NCBI GenBank assembly: GCA_903858275.1
Contig: CAIOIC010000017.1
Location: forward strand, 5,930 to 69,929
Reading direction: 5' to 3'
Source: an uncultured Verrucomicrobia subdivision 3 bacterium
GTDB taxonomy: Bacteria > Verrucomicrobiota > Verrucomicrobiia > Limisphaerales > UBA11358
Length of the DNA: 64,000 bases
A model generated the notes under the pieces. It was not told the DNA's origin and made no database searches. It saw nothing but the letters and a program-made list of their open reading frames with translations. The position numbers and the translations under genes were made by a program. This document shows positions 47,558 to 56,204 of the stretch, in pieces (the stretch's first letter is position 1; the number at the start of each line of letters is the position of its first letter).

Positions 47558-48976
47558 ATGAAATTCATCCACAAAGATTTCCTGCTGGGCACCAAAAGCG
47601 CGCGCCGGCTTTACCATGAATACGCCGCAGACGAGCCGATTTTTGATTATCACTGCCATCTGCCGCCGAAAGACGTTGCCGAAAACCGCCAGTTCAAAAA
47701 CCTCTTTGAAATCTGGCTGGAAGGCGATCATTACAAGTGGCGGGCGATGCGCACCAATGGCGTCGCCGAAAAATTCGTCACCGGCAACGCCGCGCCGGAG
47801 GAGAAATTCAAAGCCTGGGCCAAAACGGTTCCGCATACGCTCCGCAACCCGCTGTATCATTGGACGCACCTCGAACTGAAACGGTATTTTGGCATCACGG
47901 ATTTGCTGAGCGAGAAGACCGCCGCGAAAATTTGGAAGGAAGCCAACGCGCAGCTCGCCACCCCCGGTTTCACGACCCAGAGCCTGCTCAAAAAATTCAA
48001 AGTCAAGGTCGTCGGCACCACGGACGACCCGGTGGACAACCTGGAATATCACCGTGCGTTCGCCAACCAAGGTCATCCGACGCGGATGCTTCCCGCATTC
48101 CGCCCCGACAAGGCGCTGGCAGTGAATGCGCCCGCCGCTTTCAACAAGTGGGTGGAGCAATTGTCTGTGGCGGCGAATGTGGACATCAGCAGTTTCAGCG
48201 CGTTCATCAGCGCGCTGGAAAAACGGCATGAATATTTCCATTCGCAAGGCTGCCGGTTGTCTGACCACGGGCTGGAACATTGCTTTGCGGATTTTTGTTC
48301 CGAGAAAGATGCGGCGGGAATTTTTGACCGGGTGCGGAGCGGAAAAACGGTTTCGCCGCTGGAACATTCCCAGTTTGCGTCTTTCATGATGGTGTTTTTC
48401 GGCCATCTCGACGCCAAACGCGGCTGGACGAAACAGCTTCACCTCGGCGCCTTGCGCAATAACAACATCCGCCTGCTCACGCAGCTTGGGCCGGACACAG
48501 GCTTTGATTCCATCGGCGATTTTCCGCAGGCCAAGACGCTCTCCGCCTATCTGAACAAGCTGGATTCCGACAACCTGCTGCCCAAGACGGTCATCTACAA
48601 TCTGAATCCGGCGGACAACTATGTTTTTGCCGCGATGATCGGGAATTTTCAGGACGGCACGATTCCCGGCAAAATCCAATACGGCTCCGGCTGGTGGTTT
48701 TTGGATCAGAAGGAAGGCATGGAAATGCAGATCAACGCCTTGTCCAACCTCGGCCTGCTCTCGCGCTTCATTGGCATGATCACCGACTCGCGCTCGTTCA
48801 TGAGCTATCCGCGCCACGAGTATTTCCGGCGCACGCTGTGCAATCTCATCGGCAACGACATCCAGAACGGCCAGATTCCAGATGACGAAAAACTCGTTGG
48901 CCCGGTGATTCGCAATATTTGCTACCGCAACGCCGAAGCTTTCATGGCTTTTCCGTTGAGCACCAAGAAAAAATAA
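47558..48976 (+). CDS. uxaC: glucuronate isomerase
   Basis: MKFIHKDFLLGTKSARRLYHEYAADEPIFDYHCHLPP, FEIWLEGDHYKWRAMR and GSGWWFLDQK. Confidence 0.9.
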   Translation: MKFIHKDFLLGTKSARRLYHEYAADEPIFDYHCHLPPKDVAENRQFKNLFEIWLEGDHYKWRAMRTNGVAEKFVTGNAAPEEKFKAWAKTVPHTLRNPLYHWTHLELKRYFGITDLLSEKTAAKIWKEANAQLATPGFTTQSLLKKFKVKVVGTTDDPVDNLEYHRAFANQGHPTRMLPAFRPDKALAVNAPAAFNKWVEQLSVAANVDISSFSAFISALEKRHEYFHSQGCRLSDHGLEHCFADFCSEKDAAGIFDRVRSGKTVSPLEHSQFASFMMVFFGHLDAKRGWTKQLHLGALRNNNIRLLTQLGPDTGFDSIGDFPQAKTLSAYLNKLDSDNLLPKTVIYNLNPADNYVFAAMIGNFQDGTIPGKIQYGSGWWFLDQKEGMEMQINALSNLGLLSRFIGMITDSRSFMSYPRHEYFRRTLCNLIGNDIQNGQIPDDEKLVGPVIRNICYRNAEAFMAFPLSTKKK

Positions 48977-49012
48977 TCTTCCGGACAAATTTAATTATAA
49001 AATAAAATCTCA

Positions 49013-50767
49013 ATGGAAAAGCCAACCCGTCCCCTGACCAGCAACTTTCGCTGGGTCATCTGTGCCCTGCTTTTTTTCGCCACGACCGTCAATTATCTGG
49101 ACCGGCAGGTCATCAGTTATCTGAAGGAGTATTTTTGCACACCGGCGGCACTGGGCGGCTTTGGCTGGTCGAACACGGACTTCTCCCACTTGACCGCGTT
49201 TTTCACTGGCTTTTACGCTGGCATGACGATTTTGGCCGGCTATGTCATTGACAAAATCGGCACCAAAATGGGTCTGGCGCTTTCCCTGATTGTCTGGTCG
49301 GTGTTCGGCATTCTCAACGCCTTCGTCGGGCGCGTGATTACCGCGCACTTGGTGGTGCGCAGCTTGTTCGGCATCGGTGAAGCGGGCAACTTCCCCGCCT
49401 CCATCAAGACCGTGGCGGAATGGTTCCCCAAACGCGAACGCGCCCTGGCCACCGGCATTTTCAACAGCGGCACCAATTTCGGCGCCATGATCGCCGCGTT
49501 GTTTGTTCCGTGGTGTCTGGTCTATTTTGGCAATGAAAAAGGCTGGAAGATGGCTTTTATTCTTACCGGCGCCGTTGGATTCATTTGGCTGATTTTCTGG
49601 TTCTGGCTCTACGACTCGCCGGCTAAAAGCAAATTTGTTTCCCAGGCCGAATACGACCTCATCCACAGTGACAAAGATGAAGCGCAGCCCGTTCAGAACG
49701 CACCCAAAAAGCGGGGCACGAATATCTTTTCTCTCGCCGGCCGCGTTCCCCGTTCCGCGTATTGGGGCATGACCATCATGATCCACATCCTGTGTGCGTT
49801 CATCTATTTCATCACTGCAAAAATCGTCGGCAAAGATGTGCTCTCCAATAAACCCGCGCTGATATTTTTTGCCGTGACGGTGGCGGTGGCGGCGGTAGCA
49901 AGCTTCGCGTTGCACGTCCGGCGCTGGCATGATCAGGGCAAACCCGGCTCGCTGGCCTTGATCTATCTCATCCCGGTGGCGATCGGCTTCGCCTCGGTGA
50001 TTATTTTCGGATTTGAAAATCATATCTATCTGGTGGCCGTCGCTTTGGCGCTCGTCGCCATGATTGTTGCCGGTTTCAAAGAAGGCACCAGCGGGCCGGA
50101 TAAATTCGGTAACATTGCCAACCCCGGCTTGCTGGGCCATCGCCAGACCTGGTCCTTTTTCCTCGGCAAACTGATGACGGATGGCGTCTGGTGGTTTTAC
50201 CTGTTCTGGCTGCCCGACTATCTGGTGAAACAATTCCACATGAAAATCCAGGACACCATGTGGCCCACATTCATTGTTTACGGCGTCTCCATCGTTGGCA
50301 GCGTTTACGGCGGCAGCATTCCGATGACGCTGATGAAGCGCGGCATGCCGGTTTACAAAGCCCGCATGACGGCCATGTTCCTGATCGCAGTGTGCCCGCT
50401 CGTGGTGCTTTCCACCCAGTATTTTGGTGATGTCAGTCGTTTCGGCGACATGGCCAAGGTTTATGCCGTCGCGGTCATCTGCATCGGTGCCGCGGCGCAT
50501 CAGGCCTGGTCGGCGAATCTGTTCACCACGGTTTCCGACATGTTTCCCAAAACCGCTGTCGGTTCCGTCACCGGCATCGGCGCGATGGGTGGAGGTCTGG
50601 GCGGCGTCATCGTGCAGCTGATCGCGGGCACGCTTACCGACAACTACAAGGCGACGCCTCAAACCGCCTACATGATTATGTTTGTGATCTGCGCCTTGAG
50701 CTATTTGATTGCCTGGGGCGGAATGAAGTTGCTCGTGCCGCGCCACAAGGTAATCACCGATTTATGA
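49013..50767 (+). CDS. MFS hexuronate-type transporter (ExuT-like) carrying an inserted DUF805 (YhaH/YhaI-like) membrane domain in the central loop
   Basis: The N-half has RWVICALLFFATTVNYLDRQVIS and GIGEAGNFPAS. The C-half has GKLMTDGVWWFYLFWLPDYL. Between them, at about residues 234-371, lies IFSLAGRVPRSAYWGMTIMI ... LHVRRWHDQGKPGSLALIYLIPVAIG ... FKEGTSGPDKFGNIANP. Confidence 0.85.
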   Translation: MEKPTRPLTSNFRWVICALLFFATTVNYLDRQVISYLKEYFCTPAALGGFGWSNTDFSHLTAFFTGFYAGMTILAGYVIDKIGTKMGLALSLIVWSVFGILNAFVGRVITAHLVVRSLFGIGEAGNFPASIKTVAEWFPKRERALATGIFNSGTNFGAMIAALFVPWCLVYFGNEKGWKMAFILTGAVGFIWLIFWFWLYDSPAKSKFVSQAEYDLIHSDKDEAQPVQNAPKKRGTNIFSLAGRVPRSAYWGMTIMIHILCAFIYFITAKIVGKDVLSNKPALIFFAVTVAVAAVASFALHVRRWHDQGKPGSLALIYLIPVAIGFASVIIFGFENHIYLVAVALALVAMIVAGFKEGTSGPDKFGNIANPGLLGHRQTWSFFLGKLMTDGVWWFYLFWLPDYLVKQFHMKIQDTMWPTFIVYGVSIVGSVYGGSIPMTLMKRGMPVYKARMTAMFLIAVCPLVVLSTQYFGDVSRFGDMAKVYAVAVICIGAAAHQAWSANLFTTVSDMFPKTAVGSVTGIGAMGGGLGGVIVQLIAGTLTDNYKATPQTAYMIMFVICALSYLIAWGGMKLLVPRHKVITDL

Positions 50768-50825
50768 TTCATTTTTTGCAGCAACAAAACCAAAATCCAA
50801 AAATTAATATTTGAATAAGAACATT

Positions 50826-51908
50826 ATGGCAAATGGTCTAAACATCAAAAAAGAAGGCGCGCTCGATTTCCTGTCGCTTGGTGCGCTCGTCCATCGTCTC
50901 GACCCCGGCATCATCCCGTTCCGCAAGGCGTCGCACTGCGACATTCACGTCAGCGGCGGCGAATTCAATGTCTCCGCCAATCTCTCCGACTGCTTCCGTC
51001 TCAACACCGGCGTCGCGAGCGCCATGGTGGATTATCCCATTGGCGACCTCATCGCTGAACGCGTTCGCGCGATGGGTGTGAAGCCGTTCTACAAAAAATT
51101 CAAGCACGACGGCGTGCGCGGCCCGAACATGGCGACCGTCTATTCCGACCGCGGCCAGGGCGTCCGTGCGCCAGTGGTGTTTTACAACCGCAGCAACGAA
51201 GCCGCCGGCCAACTCAAATCCGGTGATATTAACTGGAAGGAAATTTTCGGCAGCGGGGTGCGCTGGTTCCACAGCGGTGGCATTTTTGCCGCTCTCTCGG
51301 AAACCACCGGCGAACTCATTATCGAAGCGATGAAGGAAGCGAAAAAGAGCGGTGCCATCACGTCGTTCGACCTGAACTACCGCCAGAAACTCTGGGACAT
51401 CTGGGGTGGACAGGACAAGGCCGTCAGCGTGCTCGCGCGCATCGTCGAGCATGTGGACGTGCTCGTCGGCAATGAAGAAGATTTGCAGAAAGGCCTCGGC
51501 ATCGAAGGTCAGGACGTGGAATCGAAGTCCAAGCTCGACCCCAGTGCGTTCTACGCCGTCATCGAGAAGGCCACGAAGAAATTCCCCAACGTCAAGGCCG
51601 TCGCGACGACCTTGCGCGAAGTCCATTCCACCAACCGCCACACCTGGGGCGCGGTGGCATGGGTCAACGGCAAAACCTACCAGTCGCCCATGTGCGAACT
51701 GGATGTTGTGGACCGTGTCGGCGGTGGGGATGGATACGCGGCGGGCTTTTTCTACGGCCTGCTTTCTGGCGCATCCGAACAGGAAGCCGTCAACCTCGGT
51801 TGGGCGCACGGTGCGTTGCTCACCACCTTCCCCGGTGACACAACTATGGCGACGGTCGAACAAGTTAAAGCATTTGCTAAAGGTGGTTCCGCTAGAATTC
51901 AACGATAG
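50826..51908 (+). CDS. kdgK: PfkB-family sugar kinase, probably 2-dehydro-3-deoxygluconokinase
   Basis: ATG at 50826. PfkB pattern with a C-terminal VVDRVGGGDGYAAGFFYG (GxGD anion hole), in a hexuronate context. Confidence 0.65.
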   Translation: MANGLNIKKEGALDFLSLGALVHRLDPGIIPFRKASHCDIHVSGGEFNVSANLSDCFRLNTGVASAMVDYPIGDLIAERVRAMGVKPFYKKFKHDGVRGPNMATVYSDRGQGVRAPVVFYNRSNEAAGQLKSGDINWKEIFGSGVRWFHSGGIFAALSETTGELIIEAMKEAKKSGAITSFDLNYRQKLWDIWGGQDKAVSVLARIVEHVDVLVGNEEDLQKGLGIEGQDVESKSKLDPSAFYAVIEKATKKFPNVKAVATTLREVHSTNRHTWGAVAWVNGKTYQSPMCELDVVDRVGGGDGYAAGFFYGLLSGASEQEAVNLGWAHGALLTTFPGDTTMATVEQVKAFAKGGSARIQR

Positions 51909-51917
51909 GATATATTT

Positions 51918-52724
51918 ATGAAATTATTTGATCTCTCAAATGAAGTGGCCGTCGTCATTGGTGCGACGGGTGTGTTGGGCGGCGCATTGGCCGAAGGCCT
52001 TGCCGAAGCCGGCGCGAAAGTCGCCGTGCTCGGTCGCAACGAAGAACGCGGTCAGGCTCGCGTGAAAGCCATCGAAGCCAAAGGCGGCAAGGCGGCATTC
52101 TTTTCCTGCGATGCCTCGTCGCGCGACAGCCTTGCCGAGGCGCACAAAAAAATCGAAGCGCAGCTCGGCGCGCCCACGATTCTCGTCAACGCCGCTGGCG
52201 GCAATGATCCCAAAGTCACCGTCACGCCGGAAAACCCCTTTGAAAAAATCCCGCTCGAAGCTCTCAAAGCCAACTTCGACCTAAACCTCGTCGGTGGCGT
52301 GTTTCTGCCGTGCCAGGAATTCGGCCCGGGCATGGTCAAGCGCGGCAAAGGCAGCATCATAAACATCGCCAGCGTTTCCGCCCACCTGCCGCTCTCGCGT
52401 GTCGTGAGCTACTCTGCCGCCAAGGCAGCGGTGCTGAACCTCTCGCAATTCCTTGCGCGGGAATGGGCGACCAAGGGCGTGCGCGTGAACACCATCACGC
52501 CCGGCTTTTTCCCGGCGGAACAAAACCGCAAACTGCTGTTTAAAGATGACGGCTCGCCGAGCGACCGCACGAAGTCCATTTGGGCGCACACCCCGATGAA
52601 CCGCTTCGGCGAATCCAGCGAACTGGTTGGCGCGTGTGTTTTTCTCGCCGCGCCCAAGGCTAGCTCGTTCGTCACCGGCACGGACATTCGTGTGGATGGC
52701 GGTTATCTTTCGCAGACCATTTGA
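51918..52724 (+). CDS. SDR-family oxidoreductase (candidate fructuronate/tagaturonate or KDG-type reductase)
   Basis: VIGATGVLGGALA (TGxxxGxG variant), NAAGGN and a YSAAK catalytic motif. Confidence 0.8.
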   Translation: MKLFDLSNEVAVVIGATGVLGGALAEGLAEAGAKVAVLGRNEERGQARVKAIEAKGGKAAFFSCDASSRDSLAEAHKKIEAQLGAPTILVNAAGGNDPKVTVTPENPFEKIPLEALKANFDLNLVGGVFLPCQEFGPGMVKRGKGSIINIASVSAHLPLSRVVSYSAAKAAVLNLSQFLAREWATKGVRVNTITPGFFPAEQNRKLLFKDDGSPSDRTKSIWAHTPMNRFGESSELVGACVFLAAPKASSFVTGTDIRVDGGYLSQTI

Positions 52725-52736
52725 TTTAAAGCTCCA

Positions 52737-52796
52737 CGGATTAAATACGAGCGATGACGGAGATTTCTCCGTCAAATCTGTGTTTAATCCGTTTTT
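52737..52796 (+). terminator. nested-hairpin terminator / REP-like element after the SDR gene
   Basis: Outer stem CGGATTAAATAC/GTGTTTAATCCG (12 bp, 1 mismatch). Inner perfect stem GACGGAGA/TCTCCGTC. Followed by TTTTT (52792-52796). Confidence 0.7.
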
Positions 52797-52817
52797 CATT
52801 TATGGCATAACAACCCT

Positions 52818-54101
52818 ATGAATTTAATCTCCCAACCTGCTTATCCTGGAAAACTCACCGACGGACAGGTCGCCGAAATCGTCGCGCAGGCGCTCCCCGC
52901 TGCCGATTATCAGGGAAAGAAAATTTTACTCATCGTCCCCGACCATACGCGCACTGCACCCGTCGGCTTGCTGTTCAAGGCGATATTCAACCAGATTGGC
53001 TCGCTCACGAAAGAGTTGGATGTGCTCGTCGCCCTCGGCACCCATCCACCGATGACCGAGGAAGCCATCTGCCACCGGTTGGAAATTTCCGTCGAACAAC
53101 ACCGGAACGAATTCAAAAAAGTCCGTTTTTTCAACCACGAGTGGGACAACCCCGCCGCGCTTCTGGAAATCGGCTCGCTCACGTCCGCCGACGTGAAGGA
53201 ACTTACCGGCGGCTTGTTTGCCATGGATGTGCCGGTCGAAATTAACAAGCTCGTTTTCAATTACGACCAGGTCATCATCGTCGGACCGGTGTTCCCTCAC
53301 GAAGTCGTCGGTTTTTCCGGCGGCAACAAGTATCTGTTCCCCGGCATCGGCGGACCGAAAATCCTAAACTTTTTCCATTGGCTCGGTGCGGTGGTCACCA
53401 ACCCGATGATCATTGGCAACAAGTGGACGCCCGTTCGCAAAGTGGTGGATCGAGCCGGTGCGCTGGTGAAGATTAACAAGGCCTGTTTTGCCATGGTCGT
53501 GGCCCCGGATAAATCCCTCGTCAGCCTTTCCTTCGGCACTCCGGAAGCCGCGTGGGATGCCGCCAGTGAAATCTCCAAGCAGGTTCACATCGTTTATCAG
53601 GAGCGGCCGTTTCAAACCGTGCTCTCCAACATGCCGCCAATGTATGACGACCTCTGGGTCGCCGGCAAAGGCATGTATAAACTCGAGCCGGTTGTCGCCG
53701 ACGGTGGCGAACTCATCATCTACGCGCCGCACGTCACCGAGATTTCCGTCACACACGGCAAAACCATCGAACGGATTGGCTATCACTGCCGCGATTATTT
53801 CCTCACCCAGTGGGACAAGTTCAAGCACGAACCATGGGGTATCCTCGCGCACAGCACCCATGTGCGCGGCATTGGCAAAATGGAAAACGGCATTGAGAAA
53901 TGCCGCATTAGGGTCACGCTTGCCACCGGTATCCCGGAAGCCATCTGCAAGAAAATCAACCTCGGCTACCGCGACCCGAAGAGCATCAATCTGGAAAGTT
54001 TTGCCAACCGCGAAAACGAAGGTGTTTTGCTCGTGCGCAAAGCCGGGGAAATGCTTTACCACCTCAAACAACAGCCCAAGTGGGCCGGCGGAAAAAGCTG
54101 A
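52818..54101 (+). CDS. LarA-like protein (lactate-racemase / DUF2088 superfamily; nickel-pincer-cofactor-dependent 2-hydroxyacid racemase/epimerase candidate)
   Basis: ILLIVPDHTRTAP, ALGTHPPMTEE and FPHEVVGFSGGNKYLFPGIGGPKILNFFHW. These resemble the LarA blocks that carry the catalytic His pair, the cofactor-binding Lys and the Ni-binding His. Confidence 0.7.
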   Translation: MNLISQPAYPGKLTDGQVAEIVAQALPAADYQGKKILLIVPDHTRTAPVGLLFKAIFNQIGSLTKELDVLVALGTHPPMTEEAICHRLEISVEQHRNEFKKVRFFNHEWDNPAALLEIGSLTSADVKELTGGLFAMDVPVEINKLVFNYDQVIIVGPVFPHEVVGFSGGNKYLFPGIGGPKILNFFHWLGAVVTNPMIIGNKWTPVRKVVDRAGALVKINKACFAMVVAPDKSLVSLSFGTPEAAWDAASEISKQVHIVYQERPFQTVLSNMPPMYDDLWVAGKGMYKLEPVVADGGELIIYAPHVTEISVTHGKTIERIGYHCRDYFLTQWDKFKHEPWGILAHSTHVRGIGKMENGIEKCRIRVTLATGIPEAICKKINLGYRDPKSINLESFANRENEGVLLVRKAGEMLYHLKQQPKWAGGKS

Positions 54102-54137
54102 ACGGCCTTGGAGATTGCGCGGTTGCTGGTGAAGAAG

Positions 54138-54213
54138 TGGAGCCAATTGTCGGACTTGAACCGACGACCTGATCATTACGAATGACCTGCTCTACCAACT
54201 GAGCTAAATTGGC
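54138..54213 (-). tRNA. tRNA-Thr (anticodon CGT)
   Basis: The rc reads GCCAATTTAGCTCAGTTGGTAGAGCAGGTCATTCGTAATGATCAGGTCGTCGGTTCAAGTCCGACAATTGGCTCCA. Acceptor GCCAATT/AATTGGC; D arm GCTC/GAGC. Anticodon stem GGTCA/TGATC with loop TTCGTAA. T arm GTCGG/CCGAC with loop TTCAAGT. CCA is encoded; 76 nt. Confidence 0.9.
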
Positions 54214-54279
54214 GCGAATACCTCAGCACGTTGCCAGTTAAACCGCCCATCGTCAAGGTGGGTTTTCCCGTCCCGACCC

Positions 54280-54960
54280 TTATTTCAAGGCTAATTTCAC
54301 TTCCTGCCGCCGGAATTCCCGTTCGCATTTCTTGATTTCACCAGTCAGCAATTCCTCCGCGCACCAGCCGCGCGCCTGGGCGAACGTCGCCAGTTCAAAC
54401 AGCTCCTTCGCCATCGCCGATTTGGTCAACTTGCTCAACTTGCTTTTCGATTTCTTGCCAATGGCCGGGTGGGTGTCGGCAAAGACCTTCCACGCCTTTT
54501 TCAAAAGCTTTTCCGCCCGCAGCAGCGCCGGTAGATGTTTCGGTATTCCGTCGAAGGCGGATTTGCGTTCCAGATGTGTGCCGTGCTTTTCGGCCTTCTT
54601 GATTTTTTCCCAATTCGCCCAGACTTCGTCCACGTCTTTGACTTTGGTTTTTCCAAAAACGTGCGGATGACGGCGGATTAATTTGTCCACGAGATGGCGG
54701 GTGACTTTTTCGAAATCAAACACACCGCGCTCATTCGCCAACTGGCAGTGAAAAACCACCTGCAGCAGCAAATCGCCCAGTTCCTCCGCCATCTCGACAT
54801 CGTCGTGTGCCTCAATGGCGTCAATCAACTCATAGACCTCTTCAATGGCGTGCCGCCGAAGTGTCTGGTGTGACTGCTCACGGTCCCACGGGCAGCCCGT
54901 TGGCGAACGCAGTTTCGCCATGACCTTGAGCAAATCGTTTATCGCCGGAGTTTTTTTCAT
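54280..54960 (-). CDS. mazG: nucleoside triphosphate pyrophosphohydrolase MazG
   Basis: ATG at 54960 gives MKKTPAINDLLKVMAKLRSPTGCPWDREQSHQTL..., with EEVYELIDAIE, ELGDLLLQVVFH and RRHPHVFG. Confidence 0.85.
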   Translation of the reverse strand: MKKTPAINDLLKVMAKLRSPTGCPWDREQSHQTLRRHAIEEVYELIDAIEAHDDVEMAEELGDLLLQVVFHCQLANERGVFDFEKVTRHLVDKLIRRHPHVFGKTKVKDVDEVWANWEKIKKAEKHGTHLERKSAFDGIPKHLPALLRAEKLLKKAWKVFADTHPAIGKKSKSKLSKLTKSAMAKELFELATFAQARGWCAEELLTGEIKKCEREFRRQEVKLALK

Positions 54961-54972
54961 TGGGAAAACATC

Positions 54973-55074
54973 GAACATTCAACCTTCAACGCTCAGCATT
55001 GAAGGAAAGACCGAGGCACATCTGCGGAGCTTCCGCCTTGGACGTTGGAAGTTGAATGTTCCATGTTGAATGTT
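54973..55074. repeat. large REP-like palindrome (TTCAAC/GTTGAA type) between proB and mazG
   Basis: GAACATTCAAC (54973-54983) pairs perfectly with GTTGAATGTTC (55051-55061). The stem extends about 7 more bp with one mismatch and one G-U. GTTGAATGTT is repeated again at 55065-55074. Confidence 0.75.
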
Positions 55075-55081
55075 TCTTAAT

Positions 55082-56158
55082 TCAAAGAATTACCAGATCA
55101 TCCCGGTGCACGAGTTCCACGCGCGCGAGTTTCTTGGCGCGGATTTCCTCGCTGTTGAACCTCACGATGCCGCGCGCAAATTCCGTTCCGTCCAGATCGC
55201 AGATGCGCACCACGTCGTCCGCCGCAAAGTCGCCTTCGCAGCGCGCCACGCCTGGTGGTAGCAGGCTCTTGCCTTTTTCGCGCAGGGCCAGCTTTGCGCC
55301 GGCGTCAACAAACAGCGTGCCCTGGGGATGATGGAAAAACGCGATCCAGCGCTTGCGGCCTTGCAGCCGGTTTGGCTTGGCGATAAACAGCGTGCCGGTC
55401 TTTTCGCCGGCGAGAATTTTACCGAGAATCTTTTTGTCCTGGCCCGACGCGATGACTAGCGGGATACCGGAACGCACGGCGATTTTCGCTGCGTCAATTT
55501 TGGACTTCATGCCGCCCACGGCCGTTTCGCTCGTGGTGCCACCCGCCATGTCTTGGATGGTGGAATCAATCTTTTCGATGATGGAAAGCGTCTTGGCGTT
55601 TTTCTTGCCGAAATTTTCAATAACCCCGTCAACTGTGGTCAGAATCACCAGCAAATCCGCCGGCAGCAGCGAAGCGACGAGCGCAGAAAGCTTGTCGTTG
55701 TCGCCGAACTTGATTTCCGTGAACGACACCGCGTCGTTTTCGTTGATGATGGGCACCACGCCGCGCTGGAGCAGCGTGACCAGCGTGTTGCGGGCGTTGA
55801 GATGCCGCTCGTGATGCTCCAGATCTTCGTGCGTAAGTAGCACCTGCGCGACGACGAGACCGTGCGCCGCAAAAAGCTTTTCATACACCGCCATCAGCCG
55901 CGTCTGGCCGACCGCAGCGCAGGCCTGTTTTTCCGCCAGGTTGGTGGGGCGCGCAGCATAGCCAAGCGCACCCATGCCCGCGCCGACCGCGCCGCTGGTG
56001 ACGAGGACGACTTCTTTGCCGTTTTTTTTAAGCGCGGCGACCTGCGCGACGATTTGCTCAAGCTGCGCGGGATCAATCAGCTTCCGGCTGTCGGTGAGGA
56101 CGCCGGTGCCTAGTTTCACGACGATGCGGCTGGCGGATTTTAGCGAGGCGCGATGCAC
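55082..56158 (-). CDS. proB: glutamate 5-kinase (with PUA domain)
   Basis: RIVVKLGTGVLT, VTSGAVGAG and INENDAVS, with a C-terminal PUA-like segment. GTG start. Confidence 0.9.
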   Translation of the reverse strand: MHRASLKSASRIVVKLGTGVLTDSRKLIDPAQLEQIVAQVAALKKNGKEVVLVTSGAVGAGMGALGYAARPTNLAEKQACAAVGQTRLMAVYEKLFAAHGLVVAQVLLTHEDLEHHERHLNARNTLVTLLQRGVVPIINENDAVSFTEIKFGDNDKLSALVASLLPADLLVILTTVDGVIENFGKKNAKTLSIIEKIDSTIQDMAGGTTSETAVGGMKSKIDAAKIAVRSGIPLVIASGQDKKILGKILAGEKTGTLFIAKPNRLQGRKRWIAFFHHPQGTLFVDAGAKLALREKGKSLLPPGVARCEGDFAADDVVRICDLDGTEFARGIVRFNSEEIRAKKLARVELVHRDDLVIL

Positions 56159-56204
56159 GCAGTAAAATTAAGAGAAAAGACGGCGGTGAAAAAGTTAAAA
56201 CTCC

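Noticed and set aside
47486-48988. 500-aa minus-strand ORF covering the whole of uxaC
   Set aside because: The plus-strand frame gives a full-length, motif-rich glucuronate isomerase. The antisense product is low-complexity and Arg/Gly/Ala/Val-rich with no motifs, the usual stop-poor antisense frame of GC-rich DNA.
49010-50746. 578-aa minus-strand ORF antisense to the MFS transporter
   Set aside because: Same reasoning as for uxaC. The plus strand encodes a coherent 12(+4)-TM transporter, while the antisense translation is His/Arg/Gly/Asp-rich and not protein-like.
54138-54213. tRNA-Thr as an integration site of a genomic island
   Set aside because: No integrase is present, no direct repeat of the tRNA 3' end was found nearby, and the flanking genes (LarA-like, mazG, proB) are ordinary chromosomal genes.
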